From: Lama glama
Taxonomy: Eukaryota
Assembly: GCA_028534125.1 (NCBI GenBank)
Contig: CM052817.1
Location: forward strand, 10,170,001 to 10,234,000
Reading direction: 5' to 3'
DNA: 64,000 nucleotides
How positions within the stretch are numbered: position 1 is the stretch's first letter; every line of letters begins with the position of its first letter. The notes under the pieces are model-generated. The model saw only the letters and a list, made by a program, of their open reading frames with translations, was not told the origin of the DNA and searched no databases. A program made the position numbers and the translations under genes. This document shows positions 38,508 through 49,680 of this stretch, one piece after another.

Positions 38508-39805
38508 AACCCCTTCATTTTTTGAAGTAAATTCCTTAAATCAAAAGAACACTTGCTTCTTCTTGTATTCTTTCAGATGTTTTCAGAATGTGTTCATTCT
38601 TTAAGTAGTCACTTAGACATTGAGGTCAAATTGTGTGCTTATAAAGCTTGTGTTACCATTAGGTATATAAAACCACTTTGATTTCAAATCTTTTCATAGG
38701 TCATCTTGGTGAGCTACATAAATGTGAGAGAAAAATAAGAGTGAAATTTCTTGGAGATTTGGCTCCTTTATGTTCTCAGAGAAACTAACAAAAACAGCAT
38801 GCACCTTTATCTTCACTCCATGCCAAGCAAACACTATTTCATGTTAGCTTTGGTGAGAACTTGGGCATTTCGACCCCTTGCTGGACAGAGAGGAAGACTG
38901 AGGTCCCACGACCCACTCAAGGTGACTCAGTTAGCAACAAAGGCAAGGCTCTGAGCATCTCGCCCCCGCCCCCGGGCACCTGCATCCCGTGCAGCTGGTC
39001 ACAGTGCATTAGAGCAGGAGGAGGAACCACAACAAAGTATCAACTGAAAAACGGCTGAAAAGCAAAACAAATGCATCTGTGGCCTTTTAGCAAGCATCCT
39101 TTTGTTTGCAACAATAATCGTGCCTGGAAAACCATCATTTATCAATGTCTTAACTTTTCCATGGCTGCTTAGTCTTTCTGGAGCAAAAATCTTTAAGATA
39201 CGTTTTAAAACTTTGCTTTTAGCTTTAATTACCTAACCATGTACCTCCATTGTGAGAACTGTGAAAGCTCTTTTTTTTTTTTTCCTTTTTAAAATCAGAA
39301 ATAGCTGGTGAACTAATGGTTGGGCTGGGCTGTATATCGAAGTGTTTAGAGAACAGCTCCACGTAAAGGATGATTCTGACTAGATAGCAAATTAACACGG
39401 ACTGTGTCTCTCTCCCTTGAAAGCATCCTTTGAAGCGGGTGAAGCAATAGAGAAAGTCGAAGGGTGTGAATAGAACTGTGATCAAATCCCGGAGAGAAAA
39501 CAGTGGCTGGGCCACAATGTGGAGGGAAAGAGACAGCTCGGAGTGGAGAGAGTAAGCACCGGGGGTGGAGGACCCTCTCGTGTTGGCTTCTCTCTTCTCT
39601 GTTTTCTGTCAGTGGAAACCAGGAACACGAGTTCAGCCCTGGCTGGGGACCACAGGGACCGTCACTCACAAGCAGTGGGGTGGGAAGCAAATAACTGCTT
39701 GGACAAACCTCCTCTTCATTCTTCTCCATATCAAGGTGGAGATGATTAGATTCTAAATTGCAGCACTCAGGACAGGGGTCCAGGAAGGTTCTTTGAAAGC
39801 TGAGG

Positions 39806-40242
39806 TGTGTCTCTTAAAATTGGTATGTTGCAGTCCTAATCCTCAGTATCTCAAGATGGGACCTTATCTGGTCCCAAATTCAAATGCAATTAATTAAGAT
39901 GAGGTGACACTGGAATAGAGTCCCAATCCAGTACGACTGGTGTCCTTATAAAGAGGGGACATTGGGCACAGGCAAACCCACACAGGGAGAGCACCATGCA
40001 AAGATGAAGGCAGAGATGGGTGGGAGGCTTCTATAAGCCAGGAAACATCAAATTGACCAGCACATCCCTAGAAGCCAGGGGAGAGGCATGGAACAAGTTC
40101 TTCCTCGTAGGTCTCAGAGGGAATCAACTTTGCCAACAGTTGATCATGGACCTCTAGCCTCCAGAACTGTGAGACAATGAATTAATGTTGCTTAACCCAC
40201 CAACTGTGGTCCTCTGTTAAGACAACCCTGGGAAATGAACAC
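39806..40242 (+). mobile_element. MaLR LTR (MLT1B-like)
   Basis: 'aatccagtacgactggtgtccttataaagagggga...gaaggcagagatggg...agcctccagaactgtgagacaat...ggaaatgaacaca'. Confidence 0.88.
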
Positions 40243-40499
40243 AGAGGCCAGGCAACGCTGGTGTGGAGGCAAATGGGAGAGACTGAGAACAGAATTCGGA
40301 GGCACGGTCTCCTCTCCTCTTTAAACTCACTAGGAGGCAGTTAGTAGACTGGATTTTAGCTTCTCCCCCTGTACAGATTACCTGGGGAGGATGATATGAG
40401 AATCCACATAGCAACTTAGAGTCACGAACTGTTAGAACTAATGGGAAAGGTCAGTAATGTCAGCAGAGACTATTCAGGTGATAATGTCCTTCTGCACCA

Positions 40500-41520
40500 G
40501 TGATCAAAACTAGAAAACATAATGGAAAAGCACATAACTTTCACAATAGCAATAAAGCTATAGCATCTCTAAGAGTTTACTCAACAAAGAATGCACAAAA
40601 ACTCTACAGAGAGTAATCTAATTTTTTTAAAAAACATTTACAAGCATTTGAAGATATGAGTGTACCATTATGTTCAAGAGTGGGATGCCTTAAACTTGAA
40701 ATGGAGTCAAAACTCCTAAAATTAATTCAGAAATTAAATGCAATTTTAAAAATTTCAGCTTTATTTTTTGATAAGGTTGGCAGCCTCTCAGGTAATGTTA
40801 TTTGCAGCTAATATTAAAAGCCCACGAGTAGCCAAGTCAGTTTTTAAAGAGGAGAGAAAATAAGGCGGAATTCCTTAGCAGGTATGAAGACCTACTCCCT
40901 GACCGTAACAACAAAAACAGTGCTGGGGCAGGAATAACCGGCTGCCGCAATGGAGCGAAACAACGCCTAGCAGCAGATGCACGTGTATCTAGGAACTTGA
41001 TGTATAACACAGATGAGACAAATCAGTGGTGAAAGGACAGGTTCTTAACAAGCTGATATTAGGAAATGGATTAATATTATATAGAAAATAAAGTGGGATC
41101 TCTACCTCACACCATACACAAAGGGAGAAATTACAGATACTTTGAGACTTAAATGTGAAAAATAAACTGGCAAGGTAGTGGAAAAATCGGAGACTTTTTG
41201 AATGGAATTGGTACCTCAGATATACAAAGTGCTCCTGCAACTCAACAGGAAAAGGGCGCAAATACCAACACAATGGTCAAAGAGGAGGGGAATCAGACTG
41301 GGAAATTAAAGGGGCTTACAAGTATTGAAAAGAGTTCAGTCTCACTCATAATCATAGGGATGCCCAATTTAAACAGTAATGAGATATCACATTACACCTG
41401 TCAGGTGGATAAAAATCAGATTGTCAGAGAATATTAAGTCCAGCAAAGGATGGCAAGGATGTGGGGAACAGGAAGCTTCACCTTTGCACCGATGGAAGGG
41501 GATCAACGTTCGGAGAGTAA
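40500..41520 (+). mobile_element. Ancient L1M (L1ME-like) ORF2 3' remnant
   Basis: 'ctacctcacaccatacacaaa', 'aaacagtaatgagatatcacattacacctgtcag', 'gcaaggatgtggggaacagga'. Confidence 0.75.
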
Positions 41521-42062
41521 TCTGACAAGTAATATGGCCGTACTCAGGAAGACACTTTTTAAGTTATAAAGCAAACAGATTTTTAATCAGAAGTATAAAC
41601 TTCCAAAAAGAATTTTTTTTTGCACAAAAATTATGCTGGAGGATAGCAACAGATTTCTATCAACAGTTGTGAGCACCTCAGTGAATGGCGGAGGTCCGGG
41701 TTTAGTCTTCGCTGGGGAATGTGTTTTGGAGTTAGACCCTCTACCTCCAGTTTTCGTGTTCTTTCTACTGTGCTATGGACAACTTGCAGGCACTGTTAAA
41801 ATCATTAATATCGTGAGACTGAAACCAGCCACAGCCGATGACTCCTGCAAATTGTCAGCTCAGACTGAAAATCTAGGCACACAGTGCTAAATAAAATATT
41901 GCTTTAAAATTTCCTCTCATAAATATGATTAATATAATAATGACTTGTGGGGAAGGTATCTCAGTATTGATTGAGAAAATTCAAAGCTTGGATCTTTTGG
42001 GGCAACATGCTGATTCATCTTTGTGTCTCTGGTACCCAGTTCAGTTTCTAAAACTAAGGGAC

Positions 42063-42228
42063 TTTTTTTTTTTTTTTGTATTTTCTTTAAAAAAATTATT
42101 TACTTATTTATTGGCAGGGGAGGTAATTAGGTTTATTTATTTATTTTTAGAGGCAGTACTGGGGATTGAACCCAGGACCTCCTCATGCTAAGCATGTGCT
42201 CTACTGCTTGAACTATACTCTGTCCCCC
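42063..42228 (-). mobile_element. Camelid SINE (vic-1 type)
   Basis: Antisense head 'gtactggggattgaacccaggacc...catgctaagcatgtgctctactgcttgaactatac' and poly-T; TSD taagggactt / ttagggactt. Confidence 0.92.
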
Positions 42229-42909
42229 ATTTAGGGACTTCTTAATCAGTTTTATTGAAGGAAGGGACAAGCAACTTGTTTCCCAAAATCATAGGAAGAC
42301 ATTTTTAGGGGGAAACAGTGACTTCAACTCCTTTTTCTCATCTGAGGATCCTTTTATTCAAGAAATGTATTTTGACCAACCATGTGTGGGAAAACGTACC
42401 AAGTGCATTACAGGCATCACCTGGTTGAGTGCTCCCAAGGACGTGCAGGAGCTGTCAGATCCCTGTGGACAGAGGAACCCAGGCTTGGAAAGCTTAACTG
42501 CCTTGCTCACAGTCACACTGTAAGGTGTAGAGCAAGAAATTAAACCAAGTCTTCCAACTTCACAGATACTAGGGGAACAACTACAGATGAGGCCCACCCT
42601 CTATCATTATGGAAGCTGTGAAGGTAAATGGGATGCGCTTTCTTTCCTCAAGAATTAACATCTACTCAGCCAGTTAAAAACTATGGAGAGTCTGACATAT
42701 TTTAGGCAAAGAATAAATATTTTAGGTAAAGAATTGGTGTACAAGGTCACAAACGGGAAGGTTTAATTCTCTCTGATTAAGGGTTGGCTTCTCAGAGATG
42801 AGGGCAGAGGAGCCAGGCTTTGAAAGGTGAACAGAATATGAATGTGCCCAGAGGCATTTTATGAGAGAGGATCAGCTTGTTGAAAGGCAGCTATAGAAAA
42901 GGGTGGGAT

Positions 42910-43072
42910 GGAGGGGAGGGTATAGCTGAAGCGGTAGAGCGCATGCTTAGTATGCAAGAGGTCCTAAGTTGAATCTCCAGTATCTCCTCTAAAAATGAAT
43001 AAATAAGTAAACCTAATTACCTCCCCCCAAATCCCCTCCCCACCCACCCCCTGCCTAAAATAAAAAAAGAAA
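42910..43072 (+). mobile_element. Camelid SINE (vic-1 type) with an expanded C-rich segment
   Basis: ggggagggtatagctgaagcggtagagcgcatgcttagtatgcaagaggtcc...acctaattacctcccc plus A tail. Confidence 0.92.
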
Positions 43073-43239
43073 AAAGTGTGGGGTATTTAAATCAAGAATA
43101 GTGAGGGTGGTTGGAAGTGAAGGACTGAATATAGAAAGGAATATGGGAAACTGAGAGGCATGTTCAGAGATGTGACAGTTAAATGTCTGGGATTCCATAA
43201 CATCACTGAAGGAAATGCTTTAATACAAACATTCAAAAC

Positions 43240-43441
43240 AAGGAGTCAAGAGCTTTGTGAACCCCCTGAAATTTTTGGCACAGTTGGGTAAGCACATGTG
43301 TGTGTATTTGTATGACAGAGAGTATGTGTGTGAAGGGGAGGGTCATATGAGTGTCATTTTCTGGGAAAAAGGACCATAGTCCATGGCTGATCACTGGTTC
43401 TCTGTAGGTTATGTAATCTACGAAAAGGTGAAGAGCCACTG
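43240..43441. mobile_element. MER103-like hAT-Charlie MITE
   Basis: 'gtgaaccccctgaaatt...cattttctgggaaaaaggaccatag...aaaaggtgaagagccactg'. Confidence 0.7.
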
Positions 43442-43750
43442 CATGTGTGGTGAGAAAGCAAAGATGAGACTTTAGGAGATACGTGGATAAAGTGAAGGCA
43501 GCTAGAAGGATATTGTCAGAGAGAAGGACCGTGGACATCTACTACTCCAGAGGGCCAAGAGGGAAAGCTTAAGGCATGGGATGACTGGTCAACCATGCCT
43601 GACGCATTTGAGAGTCTACCAGGTGTGATCATCTGTGCTCTCCCGGGTTACTGGTGAGATCACTGCAGGCTCTAATGGATGCTTTAAGTGATTAGGAGTA
43701 GTCAAGCTAATGCAATCACAGATAGAAACCGAGCCCTGTTTAAAAATGGC

Positions 43751-43766
43751 CCACAAGATGGCACTA
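43751..43766 (+). promoter_or_regulatory. CTCF motif (forward orientation)
   Basis: CCACAAGATGGCACTA fits the CTCF core; a CCAAT lies a few bases downstream. Confidence 0.6.
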
Positions 43767-44767
43767 TGGGCCAATAAGAATATTCATCTGGCCTTCACAA
43801 GTGAAATATGTTTACCTTAGTCTCATTTTTCTTTATTCTTTGCTAATATACTGCAGCCTGATCCTCTGCATTATTTGCCCATTAAAAATACTGGCATTTG
43901 GAAATAATATCCCTAATTTTCACTATTCATGCTTACTTTTTATATAATCCTCAGGAGACTTTGGAAAACCTTTATTTGAATCTTAGTTCCAATACAGAAA
44001 GTTGGATCTAATCCCTAATTTACTAAAACCCCTCGTAAGGCTGTGTGCAGTCACTGCTGGCATTTATTGGTCCTTGGGGAGCTGTGAGGTTGGGAAAGAT
44101 GGAGGGGAAATAAAAGTGAAAGGAGAGGAAAGGGCTCTAAGTTTGATCAGAAAAGCAAAGAACACAAGCTTCAGCCATGATGGATCTGACTAGGGAATAA
44201 AGCAGCCAGGAAACTCACGGAGGGACAATGTTGCTTTCAAGGGAGAGAATCTCATTATCCTGGGGTCTATATTAGTTGGGACTTTCACGTGAAAATCTGC
44301 ATTTTAAAAATTATCATTTTTATGCAGAAAGAACAAATGGCTATATTAGGCACGAGGAAGAGGCATTAAAATATATCCTTTGGCCAAAGGAAACCGTAGT
44401 GCAACTTTACATTTATGCAGCACTTAACCCGCTGGCAAAGTGCTTTTATACCACCATCTTCTCGTTTGATTCACAAAACCACCCGGGGTGGGCCGTGTAA
44501 CCAGCTCCACATCTCACATCAGGATACTGAGATTCAGAGAGGGTCAGAGGCTTGCTCAAGGATGCACAGCCACTGACTAGAAGAGCTGGCATGAAAACCT
44601 AGGTCCTTGCTTTTTCAGTGTGTGAAATGGGGCTAATGACACCGACTGTTGCAGGGATCTGTTAAACACAACCCAATAATAAAGGTCCAGATGGAGAGTC
44701 AGCATGTGCTAGCTAGTTTCATTATTTAGAAAGAATAGGTTAAAATGCCTATTTCTAATGATATATA

Positions 44768-45127
44768 TGCTAAGGGTCTTTGGTTGCAATGACAGAAACT
44801 AATTAATTAGTTAACAATCTGCTGAATTACCTCCCTCACCTCCCCCCACCCTACCACCCATTGTGCAAAAAGGGAACTGACTGGGAGGACACAGAATAGA
44901 TACAGAATCAGAGGGAAAGCAGATGAGCCTGACTTTGGGAAGTATGGGATGTAGGAACGATTGAGATTGACCCACCTTGGGCCACATATCTACTCTGTAG
45001 CTGGGGGAACGAGGGTCCTTGATTGACAGCCCCTGCCAGGGCAGGGTGAGTTATCTGAAGGGGAAATTGAGGTGCTGTTGCAGAAGAAGAAGAATTAAGT
45101 GTCCAGCAGAAAAAAACACTGTCACTG
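44768..45127 (-). mobile_element. Old MaLR LTR (MLT1K/L-like)
   Basis: 'gggtctttggttgcaatgacagaaac...cttgattgacagcccc...ggggaaattgaggtgctgtt'. Confidence 0.65.
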
Positions 45128-45131
45128 GACA

Positions 45132-45631
45132 NNNNNNNNNNNNNNNNNNNNNNNNNNNNNNNNNNNNNNNNNNNNNNNNNNNNNNNNNNNNNNNNNNNNN
45201 NNNNNNNNNNNNNNNNNNNNNNNNNNNNNNNNNNNNNNNNNNNNNNNNNNNNNNNNNNNNNNNNNNNNNNNNNNNNNNNNNNNNNNNNNNNNNNNNNNNN
45301 NNNNNNNNNNNNNNNNNNNNNNNNNNNNNNNNNNNNNNNNNNNNNNNNNNNNNNNNNNNNNNNNNNNNNNNNNNNNNNNNNNNNNNNNNNNNNNNNNNNN
45401 NNNNNNNNNNNNNNNNNNNNNNNNNNNNNNNNNNNNNNNNNNNNNNNNNNNNNNNNNNNNNNNNNNNNNNNNNNNNNNNNNNNNNNNNNNNNNNNNNNNN
45501 NNNNNNNNNNNNNNNNNNNNNNNNNNNNNNNNNNNNNNNNNNNNNNNNNNNNNNNNNNNNNNNNNNNNNNNNNNNNNNNNNNNNNNNNNNNNNNNNNNNN
45601 NNNNNNNNNNNNNNNNNNNNNNNNNNNNNNN
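45132..45631. other. Assembly gap (500 N)
   Basis: Run of N. Confidence 1.
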
Positions 45632-46478
45632 CATTGCATAATGTAACCTGATGTGCTGACAACCCCACTTACACTCAGGCTAAATGTAAAGGTCACCATG
45701 GCAGGGAAATAGTGGCAAGAGAATGAAAGTGCCTTAAACACGAATTTCACAGGCATTTCCTCATTTGGAAAGTCTCACAGTATAAAGTAGAGGCAAAATT
45801 GCCTGAGAGTCTAAGAAAATATCCAAGCGTAGAATCCATTTCTTGGGGACAAGGTAACTGTAACAAAAATTGTAAAATAGGTAGACACAAGCGTGCAGTG
45901 GCCAAAGTGTGTCTCAGATGCTCTCTGTAATATCAATAGTTCCCTCCCCCTCGACTTATCAAGTACCTACTGTGTGTCAGGAACCAGGCTGAGAATCAAA
46001 TGCTACACAAGGCAAACCCAAACCCCACCTTCACAGAGCTCTCAGTGCATCAGGGCAGAAAGACACAGAAACACGCAGTTACAATGACGGGAGATAAGGG
46101 TTAGGAAAGAGGACATACATTTGGGAAGGACACAGCAGGCGGGTCTGTAATAGCCTCTGAAGGCGTGGACGGAACCATCCTTCAATGTTGTCATGCTTTA
46201 CCTGAGAGCTAAGTGATGAGCTGGAGAAAAGCACTTTAGGAGAAGGGATGGTGTAATACAGATGGAGGGAACAGCACATCCAGAAGCATGTCTAGAAGAT
46301 GTTGAGCTGTGATGGTTGGGTCGAGTCGTTGTACAGAGAATGTATGGCAGGTAGCCCATAGCAGGTACTTAATTATAAATGGTAACTGTTGTTACAATAT
46401 TTGATTTCTTCTCCTTGTGCAGGTGAGAACACTGATGTGAAATGGCTAAGGGAGAATAGAAAGTTCCTGTTTTCCTAG

Positions 46479-46661
46479 CGAGACAGGAGGGAAGGCAGCA
46501 GGGCACAGACATTAAAGGAATGACCCAGCAATTATCAACAAGGTGGCAGAAGATTCAACTCCCAATAGACCCAGGATGGCAGGAGATTCAATTCTCAGCA
46601 GACCTTGAGCTCATTATATGCTTGTTATGATATATTAGCATAGAAAATGGCACTCCCACAG
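46479..46661 (+). mobile_element. 5' fragment of an ERV1 LTR (MER41-like)
   Basis: 'gagacaggagggaagg...gggcacag...ggaatgac...gaccttgagctcattatatgc...attagcat'; internal degenerate ~33-bp tandem repeat at ~46539-46604. Confidence 0.6.
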
Positions 46662-47486
46662 GAACCCGAACTTGAAAAATACAAGGGTAGACAAGAGAAC
46701 ATGAGCGTGGAGTAAGTACTTCTCAAGTTAGGGACATACATCTCTGGTGTTAGCTGAGCTAATGGTATGAACTTGGCATTAAATAACATTACATGACCTA
46801 ACCTAAGGAGGAAGTCCTTTCCCTTTTTATCTTCAACTCTTTTACATTGCAATGAAGAAAACAGACTCTGGAGCCAGACTGTTCTATGACTGTATTAGTT
46901 ATCTATTGCTGTGTAACAAATTAGTCCAAATCCTAGAGACTTAAGACACCAATGAGTTTAGTTTGTCTTAGGTCATGTGGGTCAGGACTTTGGGGTGGCT
47001 AAGCTAGGTGTTTCTAACTTGCAAAGGTGCATCTCATGAGATTACAGTTGAGAAGTCGGCCAAGGCTGTCGTCCTCTGAAGACTTGACTGGGGTTGAAGG
47101 GTCGTCTTCTAAGATTGCTCACTTACATGGGCTGGCAAGTTGGTGGGTTCAAATCCCAGCTCAATCATGTTTCTCACTTTGGGCATATCCAAAAAAGAGG
47201 CCATCATCTCTGCAGAGACAAATAACTTCAAAATCCAATCACTCTAAGCAAAGCTGAGACCTGGAGATATATATATATACATATATATATATATATCACA
47301 TATAGAATAGAATTCAGAGACTGATGAATTCTTCAGAAATGGAAGTGTTTACACATGGGTTGATCTTTAGCTGCCAATGCCTTTCACAACAGTGTGACAC
47401 TTCTCTGCCTAGACAACTTTCAGCAGCATAGGTGCTGATGCAAAATAGTTATTTATCAATCAGAATGGGCTTAAAACCAGGTCTGG

Positions 47487-47693
47487 TGATTACCGGTTGC
47501 TTTAGGCAAGTTCCCAGTGGTACAGGAAAATGCGGTGTGAGAGGGTGGCCATGTCTCAGGTCCCAGGCAAGTCCCCGGAATATGCATCACCAAGCGAGGG
47601 TCCTCGGCTTCATCCAGGAAAGAACTCAAGAGTGAGACACAATAGAGTAAAGGCAGATTTATTCAGAGAGATGCACACTCCACAGACTGAGGG
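47487..47693 (-). mobile_element. ERV1 LTR 3' end (MER41/MER51-like), truncated
   Basis: 'gagggtcctcggcttcatccaggaaagaactcaagagtgag...aaaggcagatttatt', an antisense U5/R region with AATAAA. Confidence 0.7.
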
Positions 47694-47851
47694 CCATGGC
47701 TGGCAAGTTGGTGCTGGCCATTGGCAAGAGGCGTCAGCCCACTGCCATGTGAGGTTCTCCATACAGCTGCTTGACATGGAAGCTGGTTCTCCCACAGCAA
47801 GTGATTCAGGGGAGTCAGGCAGAAGCTACTGTATCTTTTATGATCTCACCT

Positions 47852-48216
47852 AGTATTTTGATGAGTTTGTGCTGCTATAACAAAATAGCATAAACTGGGT
47901 GAGTTTTTAAACAACAGAAATGTATTTTCATAGTCCTGACAGCTGAAAGTCCAAGATCAAAGTGCCAGCATGGGTGTGACTGGTAAGGACCCTCTTCCAA
48001 GTTGCAGTTGGCCATCTTCTAGTTGTATCTCCCTATCATGGAAAGAGGGCAAGAGACGTCTGTGGACTGTCTTTTCTGAGAGCACTAATCTCATTCACTA
48101 ATCTTATTCCACCTTCATGGAGACGCCCCAAGGCCTCATCTCCTAATGCCACCAGAATAGGGGAGAGAATTTCAACAATGAATTTTGCGGAAACACAAAT
48201 ATCAAGTCTGTTACAC
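47852..48216 (-). mobile_element. MLT1A-like LTR nested in the older MLT1
   Basis: 'gctgctataacaaaatagcataaactgggtg...aagtccaagatcaaagtgccagca...atttcaacaatgaattttg...gtctgttaca'. Confidence 0.85.
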
Positions 48217-48574
48217 CGAAAGTCATTCACTACCACTTCTGCTGTATTCTTTGGTCATTCATATTAATGTTGATACAATAAGAAAGCTGACTACACAAAG
48301 GTGTGGATATGAGAGGCCAGGGTGATTGGGGGCCACTCTGGAGGCCACTGGAGTCTTCTGCTACTTATCAGCTGTGTAATGTTGGACATATTATCAAATT
48401 TCACTGTGTCTCAGTTTCCTCATTTGTAAAATGAGAATATTGATATTGCCTACCCCATACATAAGTTTTCTTTGAGAATTAAATGAGTTAGTATTTATAA
48501 AGCCCATAGTACATTACTTAGAACATAGTACAGACTAAGAAATGTTCAAGTAATGCTTTTATACTTCTCTAAAT

Positions 48575-48845
48575 CAGTATTACTCAAAATCCAGTCCACC
48601 ATGAGATAAGGGGCCAACACAAGAATATTAATCAATTGCTTCCTTCACTGAGGGAACTGTGCTACTAAAAAAGGAAAAGTCAGTTGTAGATTAACAAAAA
48701 AATTAATTAGAAAAGAGTCACTTAAACAAAATATTACATGTAGTGGTGTAGCTGAGTTGCCTTCAGGAACAATCTGTTAGGTGTAGACAGAAAAAGCAAT
48801 TTGCAGACCAACAGCCAGTCACAAATCACACTTTGAGTAGTGCTT
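48575..48845. mobile_element. hAT-Charlie MITE
   Basis: Terminal inverted repeats cagtattactcaaa... / ...tttgagtagtgctt. Confidence 0.65.
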
Positions 48846-49152
48846 TCCTAGCTCTTGGTAGCATCCCCTTTTCACCACAAGATCGCAAGCAATGGCATTG
48901 TTTTTTTTTTTTTCCTTTCTTCTCTTTGCTTTTTAATTTCTTAAAATGTAGAGGGAGGTGGGTGAGAGTGGGGAATTTTTATAAAACTGACAATGTGGTA
49001 ATGAAATGCAGAATGATGGAGATGAAGAGGAGCATGTGTTTGACAGGTGAAGTCATGGGAAGTTACAAAAGGACACTTTCATCTGTTTAATGGCAAATAG
49101 TTGTTTTCCTCCATTGACAGATGTGATACGGAATTTCTTTTAAAATAAATTT

Positions 49153-49680
49153 ATGCCTTAGTTTGGGTTTCTTAAAAGCAGAGCTTGAGACAGACTTGCC
49201 TGTAGGTTATTCATCCAGAAAGTAATTCTAGGGAGCAGAAACTGGGGAGAAGCCAGGGAAACAAATACAAGGATGAATTGTTGAATTGGCCACTGCTACA
49301 GGGGACCGGTGTTTTGCCTCACCAGGATCTTCTGAGAGCTTTTCGAAATTCTTCTCTCCCTGGGATGTAAAAGGGAAAAACATTTATCCATCAGCTTTCT
49401 TCCCCTATTAGTCAAAGATGGTCTCCAGGTCTTATTCTCTTTTACTTCTAAGTTGCGTATTGCAGGGAAGTGTTGTATGGGTTCCCCAAAGGAGTCAAGG
49501 ACTGTGTCAGAAAAGCTCGAGGCTAGGAAACAAGAAGTATGTCACGTAGATGTTGGCCAGGTGCTCTGCGGTCATTCCTTGGCAGAGCTAGTCAAATCTG
49601 CTGCTTGGAGCTTTCACAGCAGTAGCGATAGCGAAATGTAGGCCTAGGAAGATTTCTGTGGATCACAAGAAATGTTCAGT
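49153..49680 (-). mobile_element. Old ERVL LTR (LTR16/LTR33-like)
   Basis: 'ttagtttgggtttcttaaaagcagagcttgagacag...agtaattctagggagcag'. Confidence 0.55.

Larger units (their letters stand above)
46892..48345 (-). mobile_element. MaLR LTR (MLT1F/G-like) carrying two insertions, itself inside a MIR
   Basis: Starts 'tgtattagttatctattgctgtgtaacaaa'; pieces at 46892-47145, 47698-47851 and 48217-48345. MIR halves flank it (46855-46885, 48355-48560). Confidence 0.8.

Noticed and set aside
44908..45756. Five long overlapping ORFs
   Set aside because: Artefact of the second 500-N gap.
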